In this document: positions 32,963 through 44,750 of the stretch, in pieces | Layout of the letters: each line of letters begins with the position of its first letter | Numbering within the stretch: position 1 is the stretch's first letter | Assembly (NCBI GenBank): GCA_963827755.1 | Contig: CAWHCQ010000012.1 | Location: 64,001 to 128,000, forward strand | Direction of reading: 5' to 3' | Origin: an uncultured Gammaproteobacteria bacterium | GTDB lineage: Bacteria; Pseudomonadota; Gammaproteobacteria; UBA9214 | Length of the DNA stretch: 64,000 bases | The notes under the pieces: model-generated | What the model was told of the DNA's origin: nothing | The model's database searches: none | The model's input: only the letters and a program-made list of their open reading frames with translations | Translations under genes and position numbers: made by a program

Positions 32963-33562
32963 ATGAAACAGTTGCTGGGCACTTTTCTGGTCATGGCAGC
33001 AGGCATGCTGACGACTATCTCCATTTCCCACGGAGACAATTTACATCATAAAGGAGCAGACATGATTACAGTCCTCATGGAAACCACCAAGGGCAACATT
33101 ACACTGGAACTTGACAGCGCAAATGCACCGGAGACAGTTGCCAATTTCGTCGAATACGCCAGATCCGGCCACTATGACGGCACCATTTTTCACCGCGTGA
33201 TTCCCGGCTTCATGATCCAGGGCGGCGGCTTCGATGCGAACATGAGGCAAAAAGAAACAAAGGCGGCGATCAGGAATGAAGCAGACAACGGGCTGAAGAA
33301 TCACAACGGTACGATTGCAATGGCGAGAACCAATGACCCCCATTCAGCGACAGCGCAATTCTTTATCAACGTAAAAGACAATGGTTTCCTCGATCACACC
33401 TCGCAAACATCACGAGGCTGGGGATATACGGTCTTCGGAAAGGTCACCGATGGAATGGACACGGTTTCAGCTATTGAACATGTCAAGACGACCACCACTA
33501 ACGGGCAACAGGATGTTCCGGTGACAGACGTCGTTATCACTAAAGTAACCATCGTCGAATAA
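32963..33562 (+). CDS. ppiB: Cyclophilin-type peptidyl-prolyl isomerase (alternative start at 33062)
   Basis: [19 protein letters not shown] and QFFIN motifs; cysS-ppiB-lpxH synteny. Confidence 0.93.
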   Translation: MKQLLGTFLVMAAGMLTTISISHGDNLHHKGADMITVLMETTKGNITLELDSANAPETVANFVEYARSGHYDGTIFHRVIPGFMIQGGGFDANMRQKETKAAIRNEADNGLKNHNGTIAMARTNDPHSATAQFFINVKDNGFLDHTSQTSRGWGYTVFGKVTDGMDTVSAIEHVKTTTTNGQQDVPVTDVVITKVTIVE

Positions 33563-33583
33563 GCCTTCGCGGACACTGCGCGT

Positions 33584-34327
33584 ATGTCACGCACCCTGTT
33601 CATCTCTGACCTGCATCTGGATGACGAACGGCCGCAGATCACGCAATTATTTCTCGATTTCCTCAAAAACCGCGCCAGCGGGTCGAATGCGCTGTATATC
33701 CTCGGCGACCTGTTCGAGGCCTGGATCGGGGATGATGATCACTCAACGCTGAACCTGGACGTGTGCCGGGGACTGGGTGAGTGCGCCGCCTCCGGCACTC
33801 CCGTGTTCGTCATGCATGGAAATCGGGACTTTCTGCTCGGTGAGCAATTTGCCAGGCAAGGCAACTGCACCCTGTTAGAGGACCCTGCACGAATCGACCT
33901 CTACGGCACCCCGACCCTGCTGATGCACGGCGACCTGTTATGCACCGATGACACGGAATACCAGGCATTCCGCGAGATGGTACGCAACCCGCAGTGGCAG
34001 GCAGACTTCCTGAAGAAACCACTTGAAGAGCGCCGCAGCATTGCCGATGAAATGCGCACCCTCAGCCGGGAGAAGACCAGCGGCAAGGCGGAGAGCATCA
34101 TGGACGTAAACCAGGCGGCTGTCATCCACGCCATGACTGACAACGGGGTAGCACGCCTGATCCACGGACACACCCACCGGCCGGATGTGCACGAGCTGCT
34201 GCTTGCCGGCGGGCCGGCACAACGCATCGTGCTGGGTGACTGGTATGCGCAGGGCAGTGTGCTGGAATGCACTCCCGCGGGCTGCCAGCTGCACAACATT
34301 GCGCTCAAGACACAGGCGAACCGCTGA
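33584..34327 (+). CDS. lpxH: UDP-2,3-diacylglucosamine diphosphatase
   Basis: SDLHL, GDLFEAWIGDD, GNRDF and GHTHRP motifs. Confidence 0.96.
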   Translation: MSRTLFISDLHLDDERPQITQLFLDFLKNRASGSNALYILGDLFEAWIGDDDHSTLNLDVCRGLGECAASGTPVFVMHGNRDFLLGEQFARQGNCTLLEDPARIDLYGTPTLLMHGDLLCTDDTEYQAFREMVRNPQWQADFLKKPLEERRSIADEMRTLSREKTSGKAESIMDVNQAAVIHAMTDNGVARLIHGHTHRPDVHELLLAGGPAQRIVLGDWYAQGSVLECTPAGCQLHNIALKTQANR

Positions 34328-35587
34328 CTACCTGCCAGGAGCACCGGCCAGTTTCAGGCCGATTACCATATCTGTCACATTCGTGCCTGTAGGGCCTGTA
34401 GTCAGCACGTCCCCACTTGCCTGCAGAAACCTTGCTGAATCGGCCCGTCGCAGGCAGGACTGCGGATCGAGCCCGCAAGCTGCGCCCCTGGCCAGGGTGC
34501 CGGGATCGACAATGGCCCCGGCCGCCTGCGTCACGCCATCCGTCCCGTCGGTGCCTGCCGACAATAATAGAAGAGTGTCTCCCTTGACCATGGCAGATGC
34601 CGCCGCAAGCGCCAGGTGCTGGTTACGTCCACCCGCTCCCGGGACGGCGGGCAAGGTAACGGTCGTCTCCCCTCCCCACAGGTACAGACCCGAATGCCGG
34701 CTCCGGAGTTGTGCAACCAGCCGGGTACCCGTATCAAAGGCTTCCCCGCCAAGGCGCTCGTCCACTATGGTAGTGGTGTAGCCGAGCGCATCCCCGGCCA
34801 GCGCGGCCGCCTTCAGGGCCCTGTCAATGTTGGCCACGACGTGGTGCTCGATCCGCTCACGCCTGCTACTGCCCGCGCCCGCCGGACCGGTGGCCGCGGC
34901 CATGTCCGGAATCCAGCGAGGCAGGTGCAGCCCGGACAGGTCAGTGTCGACACTCGGGTATAACAGGCCTGAACCGATAATCGCAGGATCATCCCCGGCC
35001 ACATCCGAGATCAACAATGCCGTTGCCTCGCGCCCGTGCAGGTAATCAAGCAAGCCGCCGCCCTTGATGCGGGATACAGACCGGCGCACCCGGTTGATTG
35101 CACCAATGTCCAGCCCGCTGGCCAGCAGCCACCGGTTCAACTGCTGCAACTGCAGCAGACTGGTTGTCCCGGGGAGCACCTCTACCAGGCTGGAAGCACC
35201 GCCCGAGAGAAGAAACAGGAGAGCTGCATCAGCAGGCACTTCACCGAGAAACCGGCACAGCCTGTCGCCGGCCTGCAGGCTGCGGGCATCGGGAAGCGGA
35301 TGCCCGGCTTCCAGGCAGATAAAACGCGCATCCTGCCTGTGGTGCGGATCAATATGGCCTTCCCTGGTGACCAGCAAACAGCCGAGAAATCGCTCACCCA
35401 GAACCTGCAGCGCACCCGCCGCCATGGCCGAGGCGGCCTTGCCGATGGCAACAACACAGGTGTCGCATTGCGGGGGATGGCTTTCGAGGTATTCGGCGAC
35501 ACAGGGCGTGCCATGAACGGCGGCCAGTCCCGCCCTGAACACGGCTTCCAGGTGCTGTCGCTGTTTCACAAGGGATGGCTGTTTCAC
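34328..35587 (-). CDS. Glycerate kinase type 2 (DUF4147/MOFRL)
   Basis: AIGKAA, GHPLPD, SGGASSL, GGETTV, GGRNQ, GTDGTDG and TGTNVTD motifs; start codon approximate. Confidence 0.92.
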   Translation of the reverse strand: MKQPSLVKQRQHLEAVFRAGLAAVHGTPCVAEYLESHPPQCDTCVVAIGKAASAMAAGALQVLGERFLGCLLVTREGHIDPHHRQDARFICLEAGHPLPDARSLQAGDRLCRFLGEVPADAALLFLLSGGASSLVEVLPGTTSLLQLQQLNRWLLASGLDIGAINRVRRSVSRIKGGGLLDYLHGREATALLISDVAGDDPAIIGSGLLYPSVDTDLSGLHLPRWIPDMAAATGPAGAGSSRRERIEHHVVANIDRALKAAALAGDALGYTTTIVDERLGGEAFDTGTRLVAQLRSRHSGLYLWGGETTVTLPAVPGAGGRNQHLALAAASAMVKGDTLLLLSAGTDGTDGVTQAAGAIVDPGTLARGAACGLDPQSCLRRADSARFLQASGDVLTTGPTGTNVTDMVIGLKLAGAPGR

Positions 35588-35636
35588 CCCCGCTGTATTA
35601 CCGGGCGCGCAGCGGCCGGCCGAACAGCATGCTGCA

Positions 35637-36827
35637 CTAGGCGGGCAATCGCGAGAGACCCCGTTCGAGATCCGCCTGCAAATCGGCAACGCTCTCCAGG
35701 CCGACGGCCAGGCGTATCAGGCCATCGGAAATTCCGGCTGCCTCGCGCTGCTCCGGAGTCAACCGGCCGTGGGTTGTGGTTGCCGGATGCGTGACCGTAC
35801 TCTTTGTATCACCCAGGTTAGCGGTTATCGAAAAGACACGGGTCGCATCGATGACTTTCCAGGCATCCTGTATGCCACCTTTCAGTTCGAACGAAACGAT
35901 GCCGCCAAAGTCGTCCTGCTGACGACTTGCCAGCTCATGCCCGGGGTGCGATGCCAGGCCAGGATGATAGACCCGCGTTACCTGTTCATGCTGTTCCAGC
36001 CACCCTGCCAGTGCCAGGGCACTGGCACAAATCGCACGCATGCGTATTGACAGGGTTTCCAGGCCTTTCAAAAAGACCCAGGCATTGAACGGGCTCATCG
36101 TCGGTCCGGCGGTACGCAGAAAACCGTAGACATCCTTGCCGACAACCTCCTCACTGCCGACAACTGCACCGCCGATGCAGCGACCCTGCCCGTCGAGATA
36201 CTTGGTGGCCGAGTGGATAACGATGTCCGCCCCCAGTTCCAGGGGGCGTTGCAGGGCCGGCGTACAAAAACAGTTGTCCACGGCCAGCAGGCAGTTGTTT
36301 TCCCTTGCAACAACGGCAAGTTCGGCGATATCCGCAATCTCCGATAACGGGTTGGAAGGCGTCTCCAGGAACAGCAGCCGGGTTGCCGGCCGAATGGCCT
36401 CGCGCCAGGCCTGTATATCCGATAATGCGACAAATGTTGTCTCAATCCCGAATTTCGCCAGGTAGTTGGTAAACAGAAGACTGGTCGTCCCGAAGATACT
36501 GCGTGACGAGACGATGTGGTCGCCCGCCTTCAGCAGGCCCGCGCAGGTTGCCAGGATGGCAGCCATTCCCGAGGACGTTGCAACACAGCATTCGCCGCCT
36601 TCCAGGGAAGCCAGTCTTTGCTCGAATGTGCGTACGGTGGGGTTGGTAAACCGTGAATAGATATTACCCGGCTGGTCGCCGGAAAAGCGGGCGGCGGCTT
36701 CTGCAGCACTGGCGAATACATAGCTCGAGGTAGGGAATATCGCCTCTGAATGCTCACCTTCCGGGGAACGCTGCTGTCCGGCGCGTACTGCCCTGGTATC
36801 AAAATCGAACTCATCATCTCTAGGCAT
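35637..36827 (-). CDS. metZ: O-succinylhomoserine sulfhydrylase
   Basis: YSRFTNPT, HSATKYLDGQGR and HPATTTHGRL motifs; downstream of purF. Confidence 0.95.
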   Translation of the reverse strand: MPRDDEFDFDTRAVRAGQQRSPEGEHSEAIFPTSSYVFASAAEAAARFSGDQPGNIYSRFTNPTVRTFEQRLASLEGGECCVATSSGMAAILATCAGLLKAGDHIVSSRSIFGTTSLLFTNYLAKFGIETTFVALSDIQAWREAIRPATRLLFLETPSNPLSEIADIAELAVVARENNCLLAVDNCFCTPALQRPLELGADIVIHSATKYLDGQGRCIGGAVVGSEEVVGKDVYGFLRTAGPTMSPFNAWVFLKGLETLSIRMRAICASALALAGWLEQHEQVTRVYHPGLASHPGHELASRQQDDFGGIVSFELKGGIQDAWKVIDATRVFSITANLGDTKSTVTHPATTTHGRLTPEQREAAGISDGLIRLAVGLESVADLQADLERGLSRLPA

Positions 36828-36845
36828 GGCAACTCCCCGGGGCAT

Positions 36846-36879
36846 AAAAAAACCTGCTGTCAGCCAGGCGAAAGCAGGT
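36846..36879 (-). terminator. Intrinsic terminator, expression platform of the SAM-II riboswitch
   Basis: Minus strand ACCTGCT...AGCAGG-TTTTTTT between the aptamer and the metZ start. Confidence 0.8.
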
Positions 36880-36884
36880 GCCGT

Positions 36885-36935
36885 CGCTTTAGCTGTACTT
36901 GTAAAGCGCCCGCAAGCTGAAATCAAATCGGCGCT
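36885..36935 (-). promoter_or_regulatory. SAM-II riboswitch aptamer upstream of metZ
   Basis: AGCGCC-GAUUUG...CUUGCG-GGCGCU...ACAGCUAAAGCG matches the SAM-II pattern (P1, GAUUU, UUGC, GCUAAA). Confidence 0.85.
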
Positions 36936-36990
36936 AATGAATTCAAGACTAGATGAGAAACGATCCTGCTGTCAATACAGGCAACTCGAG

Positions 36991-38502
36991 TCACGCGGTA
37001 TTGTGCAGGTCAATGACCTCGTTATCGCCTTCACGTCGATCGTTCTTGCTGGCGTCATTACGCGTATGCTCAAGCTCGCTCAGGTACTTGTTACCGATAT
37101 CACCGGTGATGTATTTACCGGTAAATACCGAGGAATCGAATTGCTTGATCTGCGGATTGCCCTTGTCGACCGCCCTGACCAGATCCTCGAGGTCCTGAAA
37201 GATCAGCCAGTCGGCACCGATTTCCTTGCATATTTCGGCCTCGGTACGTCCATGTGCAATCAGTTCATCACTGACCGGCATGTCGATGCCATAGACATTG
37301 GGATAACGAACCGGCGGGGATGCCGAGGCAAAATAGACCTTGTTTGCGCCCGCATCACGCGCCATTTCAATAATCTGCGATGAAGTGGTACCGCGTACAA
37401 TCGAGTCATCAACCAGCATCACGTTCTTGCCCCTGAATTCCAGGTCGATCACGTTCAGTTTCTGGCGCACCGATTTTTTACGCTGCTGCTGGCCCGGCAT
37501 GATAAAGGTCCGGCCAATATAGCGGTTCTTTATGAAACCCTCGCGATACTTGAGTCCGAGCGTATTGGCAAGCTGCAGGGCAGAGGTACGACTGGTATCG
37601 GGTATCGGTATGACAACATCGATATCATGATCCGGACGGATGCGAAGTATCTTGTTTGCGAGTTTCTCACCCATCCGCAGGCGGGCCTTGTAGACGGACA
37701 CGTTGTCGATAATCGAGTCGGGGCGTGCCAGGTATACGTATTCGAATATGCAGGGTGAAAGCACCGGGTTCTCGGCGCACTGGCGCTTGTGAATCTGGCC
37801 GTCAATCGTGATAAATACTGCCTCACCCGGCGCCACGTCGGCAATCAGTTCATAGCCCAGCACATCGAGCGCAACACTCTCGGAGGCGGTCATGTAATCG
37901 ACCCCCTGCGGCGTTACCCGCTTTCCGTAGACCAGGGGACGGATACCGTAGGGATCGCGGAAAGCGACAATTCCCTGACCGGTAATCATCGCCACTGCAG
38001 CAAAGGCACCGCGACAGCGCCGGTAGACACCGGCGACTGCATTGAACACATCCTCGACATTCATCTTCAGCTTTGCGTACTGCTGGAGTTCGTGTGCAAA
38101 GACGTTCAGCAATACCTCGGAGTCCGAATCGGTATTGATCTGGCGCAGGTCTTCCTGGAACAGTTCCTGCTTGAGCTTGTTTGCATTGGTCAGGTTGCCG
38201 TTATGCGCCAGGCAGATGCCATACGGGGAGTTGACATAAAACGGCTGGGCTTCAGCGGAGCTTTCACTGCCGGCGGTTGGATAGCGGACATGGCCGATTC
38301 CCATGTTGCCGAACATATGTGTCATGTGGCGGTTATGAAAGACATCGCGCACCAGGCCGTTGTCCTTGCGCAGGTGCAGGCGGCCACCTTCACAGGTAAT
38401 AATCCCCGCCGCATCCTGACCACGGTGCTGCAGGACAGTTAGCCCGTCATAGATGGACTGGTTTACCGGTTCATGAGCAACAATCCCTATGATTCCGCAC
38501 AT
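36991..38502 (-). CDS. purF: Amidophosphoribosyltransferase
   Basis: N-terminal MCGI, QHRGQD and [10 protein letters not shown] motifs. Confidence 0.98.
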   Translation of the reverse strand: MCGIIGIVAHEPVNQSIYDGLTVLQHRGQDAAGIITCEGGRLHLRKDNGLVRDVFHNRHMTHMFGNMGIGHVRYPTAGSESSAEAQPFYVNSPYGICLAHNGNLTNANKLKQELFQEDLRQINTDSDSEVLLNVFAHELQQYAKLKMNVEDVFNAVAGVYRRCRGAFAAVAMITGQGIVAFRDPYGIRPLVYGKRVTPQGVDYMTASESVALDVLGYELIADVAPGEAVFITIDGQIHKRQCAENPVLSPCIFEYVYLARPDSIIDNVSVYKARLRMGEKLANKILRIRPDHDIDVVIPIPDTSRTSALQLANTLGLKYREGFIKNRYIGRTFIMPGQQQRKKSVRQKLNVIDLEFRGKNVMLVDDSIVRGTTSSQIIEMARDAGANKVYFASASPPVRYPNVYGIDMPVSDELIAHGRTEAEICKEIGADWLIFQDLEDLVRAVDKGNPQIKQFDSSVFTGKYITGDIGNKYLSELEHTRNDASKNDRREGDNEVIDLHNTA

Positions 38503-38536
38503 ACTTGAACCTCACTCAGCTATCGGCCAGGGAAAA

Positions 38537-39034
38537 TCAGGCATAGTTGATTTTGTCAGCGAACTCGGGAGGCAGAAAGTTGCGTATCCACACGGCAAGC
38601 TCCTCAAAATATCCGAGCAGATGTGAATTCTGCCACCAGGGATCCTGCGGCAGCAGCGTCATTCCCGCCAGCAAGACCAGGATCGCGACAATGACCCCGC
38701 CACGCGCCGCCCCGAATACCACGCCGAGCATCCTGTCCGTACCGGTCAGGCCTGTCTTTGCAACCAGTTTGCCTGCCAGGTAATTCAGCACGGCACCCAG
38801 TATCCATGTACAGATAAACAGCGCGGCAAATGCCGCGGGCTTCTGCGCGGAAGGCAGCGATAGCCACTGCGAAAGCCAGATTGCCAGGTCCTCGTAAAAG
38901 GTCATGGCTACCCAGAAGGCAACCAGCCACGTGGCCAGATCAAGCGCCTCGGTTACAAAACCTCGAAACAGACTTAAAATTGCGGACAGCACAATCAGCG
39001 CGATTATTACAATATCAATCCAGGCCATAGCCAT
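38537..39034 (-). CDS. cvpA: CvpA family membrane protein
   Basis: WIDIVI...RGFV...DRMLG..FG..RG; upstream of purF. Confidence 0.95.
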   Translation of the reverse strand: MAMAWIDIVIIALIVLSAILSLFRGFVTEALDLATWLVAFWVAMTFYEDLAIWLSQWLSLPSAQKPAAFAALFICTWILGAVLNYLAGKLVAKTGLTGTDRMLGVVFGAARGGVIVAILVLLAGMTLLPQDPWWQNSHLLGYFEELAVWIRNFLPPEFADKINYA

Positions 39035-39143
39035 ACTTGTACCCCTGAGATTCCAGACCGGGAAAAACCCGCTCTGCTGACTTTCGAAAATAATTCATAG
39101 CCTGTGCATTTTACCAGATATACAGAGGCCACCGCCATGTCGA

Positions 39144-39726
39144 TCAGCGCGGGTTATTGATGATAATACCCTCGAGCCTGAATTCATCGCCCAGCGTGTC
39201 CCGCAGTTGCTCTGCCACCGCCCGACTCGTTTCAGGGCCCACCATCACCCGGTATATATGGCCCGATTTGGTGCTTGTTTTCTGATGCCTGGCGTCATAA
39301 CCGGATGATATCAAGACGCTTGCTGAGCCCGCTGGCATTTGCCTCGCTGGAGAAACTGCCAACCTGTACATACCAGCCCGGCAAGTATGTTGCCGCCGCT
39401 ATTTCACGCGCCACTGGTTCAGGTTCAGGTTGCAGTTCAGGTTGAGGTTTCGGCTCCGGGATAACCGCTTTCTTCCTGACCGGCTCGGCAAGCCCGTAGA
39501 CGGGTTTCTCCACAACCTTCGGGGTACGATTGACCGGGGCCGGTCTTTTGATATCGCGCGACAGATCCATCCGCGCCTTGTAGTCCAGTTGCGGCGCTTC
39601 GGGAATACCGTGACTCAGCGGGGTCCACTCATTATCCGGCCCCTCCAGGATTACCGGGATAAAAATCACGGCCAGCGATACCAGGACTATGGCCCCCGTC
39701 AGCCGGTGTTTAAGGTTCTGATCCAT
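39144..39726 (-). CDS. dedD: SPOR-domain cell division protein DedD, +1 frameshift near 39312
   Basis: LKHRLTGAIVLVSLAVIFIP; WYVQVGSF and YRVMVGP lie in two frames; folC-dedD-cvpA synteny. Confidence 0.85.
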
Positions 39727-39778
39727 CGATTTTCCACTGCTTGTACCTGTCACCAGGCGGACAAAATAATGCCGAAGA

Positions 39779-41045
39779 CTATACAGGACATGCACGGGCC
39801 TCTGCCACGGTCAAAAAAGATCCACAGACCACGATTCGGTCACCGGCTGCGGAATCCCTGTGCGCCTGCCGCCATGCTGCCGGGACATCCGCGAAATCCC
39901 TGTTTGCACAGCTGGATGCCGGCGTCCGCGACCTGTTGCTGCAATTCCCGCGCCGACAAACCACGTTCACCATCAAGCCCCGCGAGGTACCAGTGGTCAA
40001 CTGCCGGGGCCAGCACGGTTGCAAATTCGCCGGCCTGCTTGTCATTCAGCATACCCAGAACGATCCGCGTGCTGCCTGCACATGACCTGTCCTGGAGCAC
40101 CTCTAACAGGCGGCTTGCGCTGGCGGTATTGTGGGCAACATCGAGGATCTGTTCTACCGGACCGGCAACGATCTGGCAACGACCCGGCAAGCTGACTGAC
40201 TGAAACCCCTGCTCAACAGCCGCTCTTGACACAGGATAACGACCACTCAATAACTCCAGCGCCATTAAAACACCTGCTGCATTATCCAGCTGGTGCCTGC
40301 CGGGCAGCGACGGCCAGGGCAATGCCTCCAGGCGACTGCTGACACCTCGAAAGGTCCACCCGGCCCCCTCCTGTTTACAGGAATACGCCTGCCCCAGGCA
40401 GTACCAGTCGGCACCAATCTCGCGTGCGCGCTTCTCCAGACTGGCGGGTGGCGCCGGGTCCGAGCAGATAGCCGGACGGTCTGAACGAAATATTCCGGCC
40501 TTTTCCCGGCCGATGGATTCCCGGTCCGTACCCAGCCAGGCGCAATGATCAATTGCAATCGATGTGACCAGCGCGACGGCGGGATCGATGATGTTGACGG
40601 CATCGAGTCGTCCGCCCAGGCCAACTTCCAGCACCACGATATCGAGTGGTGCCTGCCTGAACAGCTGCAGCGCCGCCAGTGTTCCGAATTCAAAATAAGA
40701 CAGCGTGGTTGTGCCACGCGCCTCGTCCACCGCGGCAAAGGCTGCACACAACGCTGCATCATCGACTTCAGTACCGTTTATATGAATACGTTCGTTATAG
40801 CGGAACAGGTGGGGAGAGGTATATGCGCCTGTACGATAGCCGGCAGCCAGGAGAATGCTTTCAAGGAATGCGACGCTGGAGCCCTTGCCATTGGTCCCTG
40901 CAACCGTAATAACGGCTGGCTCCGGTTGTATGACACCGAGGCGGCTGGCTACAGCGGCAACCCTTTCAAGACCGAGGTCGATTTTCTTCGGGTGCAAACT
41001 TTCCTGCCAGCTCAGCCAGTCGGCCAGTGTTTGAAAACGCGGCAT
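39779..41045 (-). CDS. folC: Folylpolyglutamate synthase/dihydrofolate synthase, +1 frameshift near 39908
   Basis: AGTNGKGS, YTSPHL, EVGLGGRLDA and LDVAHN motifs; C-terminal IVVCGSFLTV in another frame. Confidence 0.93.
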
Positions 41046-41093
41046 AGTGCGGTTACCGGGGAATTATGACAGAGCACCGGCCGGCCGGTGCCG

Positions 41094-41960
41094 CTAGCTG
41101 GCAGTGTCAGCTGTTCCTGTCAGGATTTTCAGCAGGTTTGCGATTGTTGCACGCATTTCCCTGCGATCAACTATCAGATCGATGGCCCCGTGCTCGAGCA
41201 GAAATTCGCTGCGTTGAAATCCATCCGGGAGGGTTTCGCGCACGGTTTGCTCGATGACACGCGGCCCCGCAAAACCGATCAGCGCCCTGGGCTCGGCGAT
41301 ATTGATATCCCCGAGCATGGCAAAACTGGCCGAAACGCCACCCATCGTGGGATCGGTCAGCACGGATATAAAAGGAATCCCGGCAGCCGACAATCGCCCC
41401 AGCACTGCGCTGGTCTTGGCCATTTGCATCAGGGAAAACAGCGCCTCCTGCATGCGTGCTCCACCACTGGCGGAAAAGCAGATCAGCGGCATCTTTTCCT
41501 TGAGGGAAATTTCAGCTGCGCGTACAAAGCGCTCGCCGACCACGGCGCCCATGGATCCCCCCATGAAACTGAATTCAAAGGCCATGGCGACCACAGGCAG
41601 GCCTTCCAGTGTACCCTGCATGGCAATCAGGGCATCCTTTTCACCCGTCGCCTTCTGGGCAGCGAGCAGGCGGTCACGATACTTCCTGCTGTCCTTGAAC
41701 TTGAGCACATCGACCGGCTCCAGGCCTGCCGCGATTTCATTGCCGGATGACGCGTCAAGAAATATCTCGAGTCGACGTCGCCCGCCGATTCTCAGGTGGT
41801 AACTGCATTTCGGACAGACATCAAAATTTCGCTCCAGCTCGGAACGGTAGAGCACCGCACTGCAACCGTTACACTTTATCCACAGGCCTTCCGGCACCGT
41901 GCGCTTGTTACCGCCAGCGGTACGAATTTTTGATGGCATTAACTTACTGAACCAGCTCAT
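41094..41960 (-). CDS. accD: Acetyl-CoA carboxylase carboxyltransferase beta subunit
   Basis: C4 zinc finger, GGSMG and SGGARMQE motifs. Confidence 0.97.
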   Translation of the reverse strand: MSWFSKLMPSKIRTAGGNKRTVPEGLWIKCNGCSAVLYRSELERNFDVCPKCSYHLRIGGRRRLEIFLDASSGNEIAAGLEPVDVLKFKDSRKYRDRLLAAQKATGEKDALIAMQGTLEGLPVVAMAFEFSFMGGSMGAVVGERFVRAAEISLKEKMPLICFSASGGARMQEALFSLMQMAKTSAVLGRLSAAGIPFISVLTDPTMGGVSASFAMLGDINIAEPRALIGFAGPRVIEQTVRETLPDGFQRSEFLLEHGAIDLIVDRREMRATIANLLKILTGTADTAS

Positions 41961-42016
41961 GTTATGCATTATACCTGTTTCAACAATAGAGTATAAACCG
42001 ACCCTGGAAGAGACCG

Positions 42017-42829
42017 TCAGGAAACGGCCTGGTCGATTGCCGCGCGCAACTCGGCAACGCTGGAGGCGAGGGTTGCCGGGATTGATTCCGGACTGTCAAC
42101 AAGCCCGGCTATCTTGCTGACCAGGACACTGCCGACAACCACGGCATCTGCAATCTTCGCGACCTGCGCCGCGGTTTCGGGGTCACGAATGCCAAAACCC
42201 ACCCCGAGTGGCAAGTCCGTATATTGCCGCACCTCCCCGAGCTTGCCGGCGACCGCATCGATATCGAGGCGGTTTGCGCCGGTAACACCCTTGAAGGATA
42301 CGTAATAGATAAAGCCGCTGGCTGCAGCGACCACTTTCCGAATGCGCTCCACGCCACTCGTCGGCGCCAGCAGGAAGATGATATCAATACCATTGGCCTG
42401 CAAATGTTCCCCGAGTTCACCCGCTTCTTCCGGTGGCATATCCACGGTTAACATGCCATCGACACCGGCCTCCCCGGCAGCCCTGGAAAATTCCCGGTAA
42501 CCCCAGACTTCTATCGGGTTGAGATAGCCCATTAAAATGACAGGCGTACTGGAATCCTTGCGGCGAAACTCCCTGACCATATCGAGCACCTGGTGCAGGG
42601 TGACGTGATGTGCAAGCGCCCGCTCGCAGGCCGCCTGGATGACCGGCCCGTCGGCCATGGGATCGGAGAACGGTACCCCGATCTCGAGGATGTCGGCACC
42701 GGCCTCCACCATCGCGTGCAATGCCGGCACCGTCACGTCCGGTTGCGGGTCACCCGCCGTCACATAGGGTATCAGCGCCGTGCGCTTGTTTTTTTTCAGT
42801 TCCGCAAATCGTTCGGCGATGCGACTCAT
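42017..42829 (-). CDS. trpA: Tryptophan synthase alpha chain
   Basis: [21 protein letters not shown] and VGFGI motifs. Confidence 0.97.
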   Translation of the reverse strand: MSRIAERFAELKKNKRTALIPYVTAGDPQPDVTVPALHAMVEAGADILEIGVPFSDPMADGPVIQAACERALAHHVTLHQVLDMVREFRRKDSSTPVILMGYLNPIEVWGYREFSRAAGEAGVDGMLTVDMPPEEAGELGEHLQANGIDIIFLLAPTSGVERIRKVVAAASGFIYYVSFKGVTGANRLDIDAVAGKLGEVRQYTDLPLGVGFGIRDPETAAQVAKIADAVVVGSVLVSKIAGLVDSPESIPATLASSVAELRAAIDQAVS

Positions 42830-44055
42830 ATCGTGATTCCTTCCAGGGCGGCAACGGTCTGCACATCCTTGTCACCACGACCGGACAGGTTCACCACGAT
42901 AATCTTGTCCTTGTCCATTCCGGCCGCCAGCTTCGTTGCATAGGCGAGCGCGTGACTGGTCTCCAGCGCCGGCATGATGCCTTCGATCCGGGTAAGTTGA
43001 TGAAAGGCTTTCAGCGCCTCGGTATCCGTTATCGCTGAATAGCTGGCACGACCAGTATCTTTCAACCAGGCATGTTCAGGACCCACACCCGGATAATCCA
43101 GGCCGGCTGAGACCGAATGGGTTTCTATAATCTGGCCATCGCTGTCCTCCATCAGGTAGGTACGATTGCCATGCAGGACGCCTGAGGTGCCTGCACACAG
43201 GGGTGCTGCATGTCGACCTGTCTCGACACCGTCCCCACCTGCCTCGACGCCGTGTAACTCCACCGATGTATCGTTAATGAAGGGATGAAACAGGCCTATT
43301 GCATTTGAACCACCGCCCACACAGGCAACCAGCGCGTCCGGCAACCGCCCGGCCTGTTCCATGATCTGCTCGCGTGTCTCCCGCCCGATAACAGCCTGGA
43401 AATCACGCACCATGGCAGGATAGGGGTGCGGGCCGGCGACCGTACCGATAATGTAGAAGGTATCATCGACGTTGGTTACCCAATCGCGCAGCGCCTCATT
43501 GAGAGCATCCTTGAGCGTCTTTGATCCCGATTCCACAGACACCACCTCGGCACCCAGCAGGCGCATACGAAAGACATTGATCGACTGGCGCTTGATGTCC
43601 TCTGAACCCATGTATACCACGCACGGCATGCCGAGGCGGGCCGCTACAGTCGCCGAGGCAACCCCGTGTTGACCGGCACCGGTTTCCGCAATAATTCGCG
43701 TCTTGCCCATGCGCTTCGCGAGCAGGGCCTGGCCGACGGTATTGTTTATCTTGTGCGCACCGGTGTGGTTCAGGTCTTCACGTTTCAGGTAGATCCGTGC
43801 CCCGCCCGCCTCGCTGGTCAGGCGTTTTGCAAAATAAAGCGGAGACGGGCGGCCGACAAAATTCTTCAGATCATCATCCAGTTCAGCGAGGAATTCCGGG
43901 TCTTGCAGATATTTTTTGTAGGCCTTGTTTAACTCGTCCAGTGGAAACATCAGGGTCTCTGCCACGAATTGCCCGCCAAAGGCACCAAAATGTCCGCGCT
44001 CATCCGGTAATGTCTCACCGGTCATCTTGATATCAGCTGCCTGCGTCTGATCCAC
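42826..44055 (-). CDS. trpB: Tryptophan synthase beta chain
   Basis: [19 protein letters not shown] and [11 protein letters not shown] motifs. Confidence 0.98.
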   Translation of the reverse strand: MDQTQAADIKMTGETLPDERGHFGAFGGQFVAETLMFPLDELNKAYKKYLQDPEFLAELDDDLKNFVGRPSPLYFAKRLTSEAGGARIYLKREDLNHTGAHKINNTVGQALLAKRMGKTRIIAETGAGQHGVASATVAARLGMPCVVYMGSEDIKRQSINVFRMRLLGAEVVSVESGSKTLKDALNEALRDWVTNVDDTFYIIGTVAGPHPYPAMVRDFQAVIGRETREQIMEQAGRLPDALVACVGGGSNAIGLFHPFINDTSVELHGVEAGGDGVETGRHAAPLCAGTSGVLHGNRTYLMEDSDGQIIETHSVSAGLDYPGVGPEHAWLKDTGRASYSAITDTEALKAFHQLTRIEGIMPALETSHALAYATKLAAGMDKDKIIVVNLSGRGDKDVQTVAALEGITI

Positions 44056-44668
44056 TTTTCTGTACTCCTGTCATGAATGCCAAAATCTTGTCTGCGGATT
44101 TAATGCCGCCGGCGCTTTCCACGCCGCTGCTGACGTCAACGGCATACGGTCTCACGGTGCTGATGGCCCGGGCAACATTTTCCGCTGTCAGGCCGCCGGC
44201 AAGAATCAGCGGCACCTCGTGCATTACCGGCACCAGCGCCCAGTTGAAGACCTTGCCGCCGCCGCCGTGTGTGTCCGGCTGGTAGGTATCCAGCAGAAAT
44301 CCGCTTGCATCCGGGAATTGTGACATCTCTGATGATAAATCGGTTTCACGCTTCATGGGGATTGATTTTATAAATGGCAGCCCAAATTGATTACAATCTG
44401 CGTTTTTTTCCTGACCATGAAACTGCAACAAGGCAAGGGGTACAGCCGCCGTCACAGCACGAATATCTGCCGGGGCGGCATTTACGAACAGGCCGACCAG
44501 CGAAACAAAGGGCGCAACAGCCCGGGCAATTTTCTGTGCCTGCTCAACGCGGACACAGCGCGGACTCCGTGGATAAAAAACCAGACCGATTGCATCGACC
44601 CCGCTCGCGACGGCGATGCGGGCATCCTGTTCACGGGTAATGCCACAGATTTTTACTCGAGTACGCAT
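44033..44668 (-). CDS. trpF: Phosphoribosylanthranilate isomerase
   Basis: [17 protein letters not shown] and DVSSGVE motifs. Confidence 0.96.
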   Translation of the reverse strand: MRTRVKICGITREQDARIAVASGVDAIGLVFYPRSPRCVRVEQAQKIARAVAPFVSLVGLFVNAAPADIRAVTAAVPLALLQFHGQEKNADCNQFGLPFIKSIPMKRETDLSSEMSQFPDASGFLLDTYQPDTHGGGGKVFNWALVPVMHEVPLILAGGLTAENVARAISTVRPYAVDVSSGVESAGGIKSADKILAFMTGVQKSGSDAGS

Positions 44669-44750
44669 GACCACCCATCAACCCTGTTGTCCACCATCCC
44701 CGTTTAAATGTAACAGAAACCCGGTCGCATGCGGACAATAGCAGCCAGCC

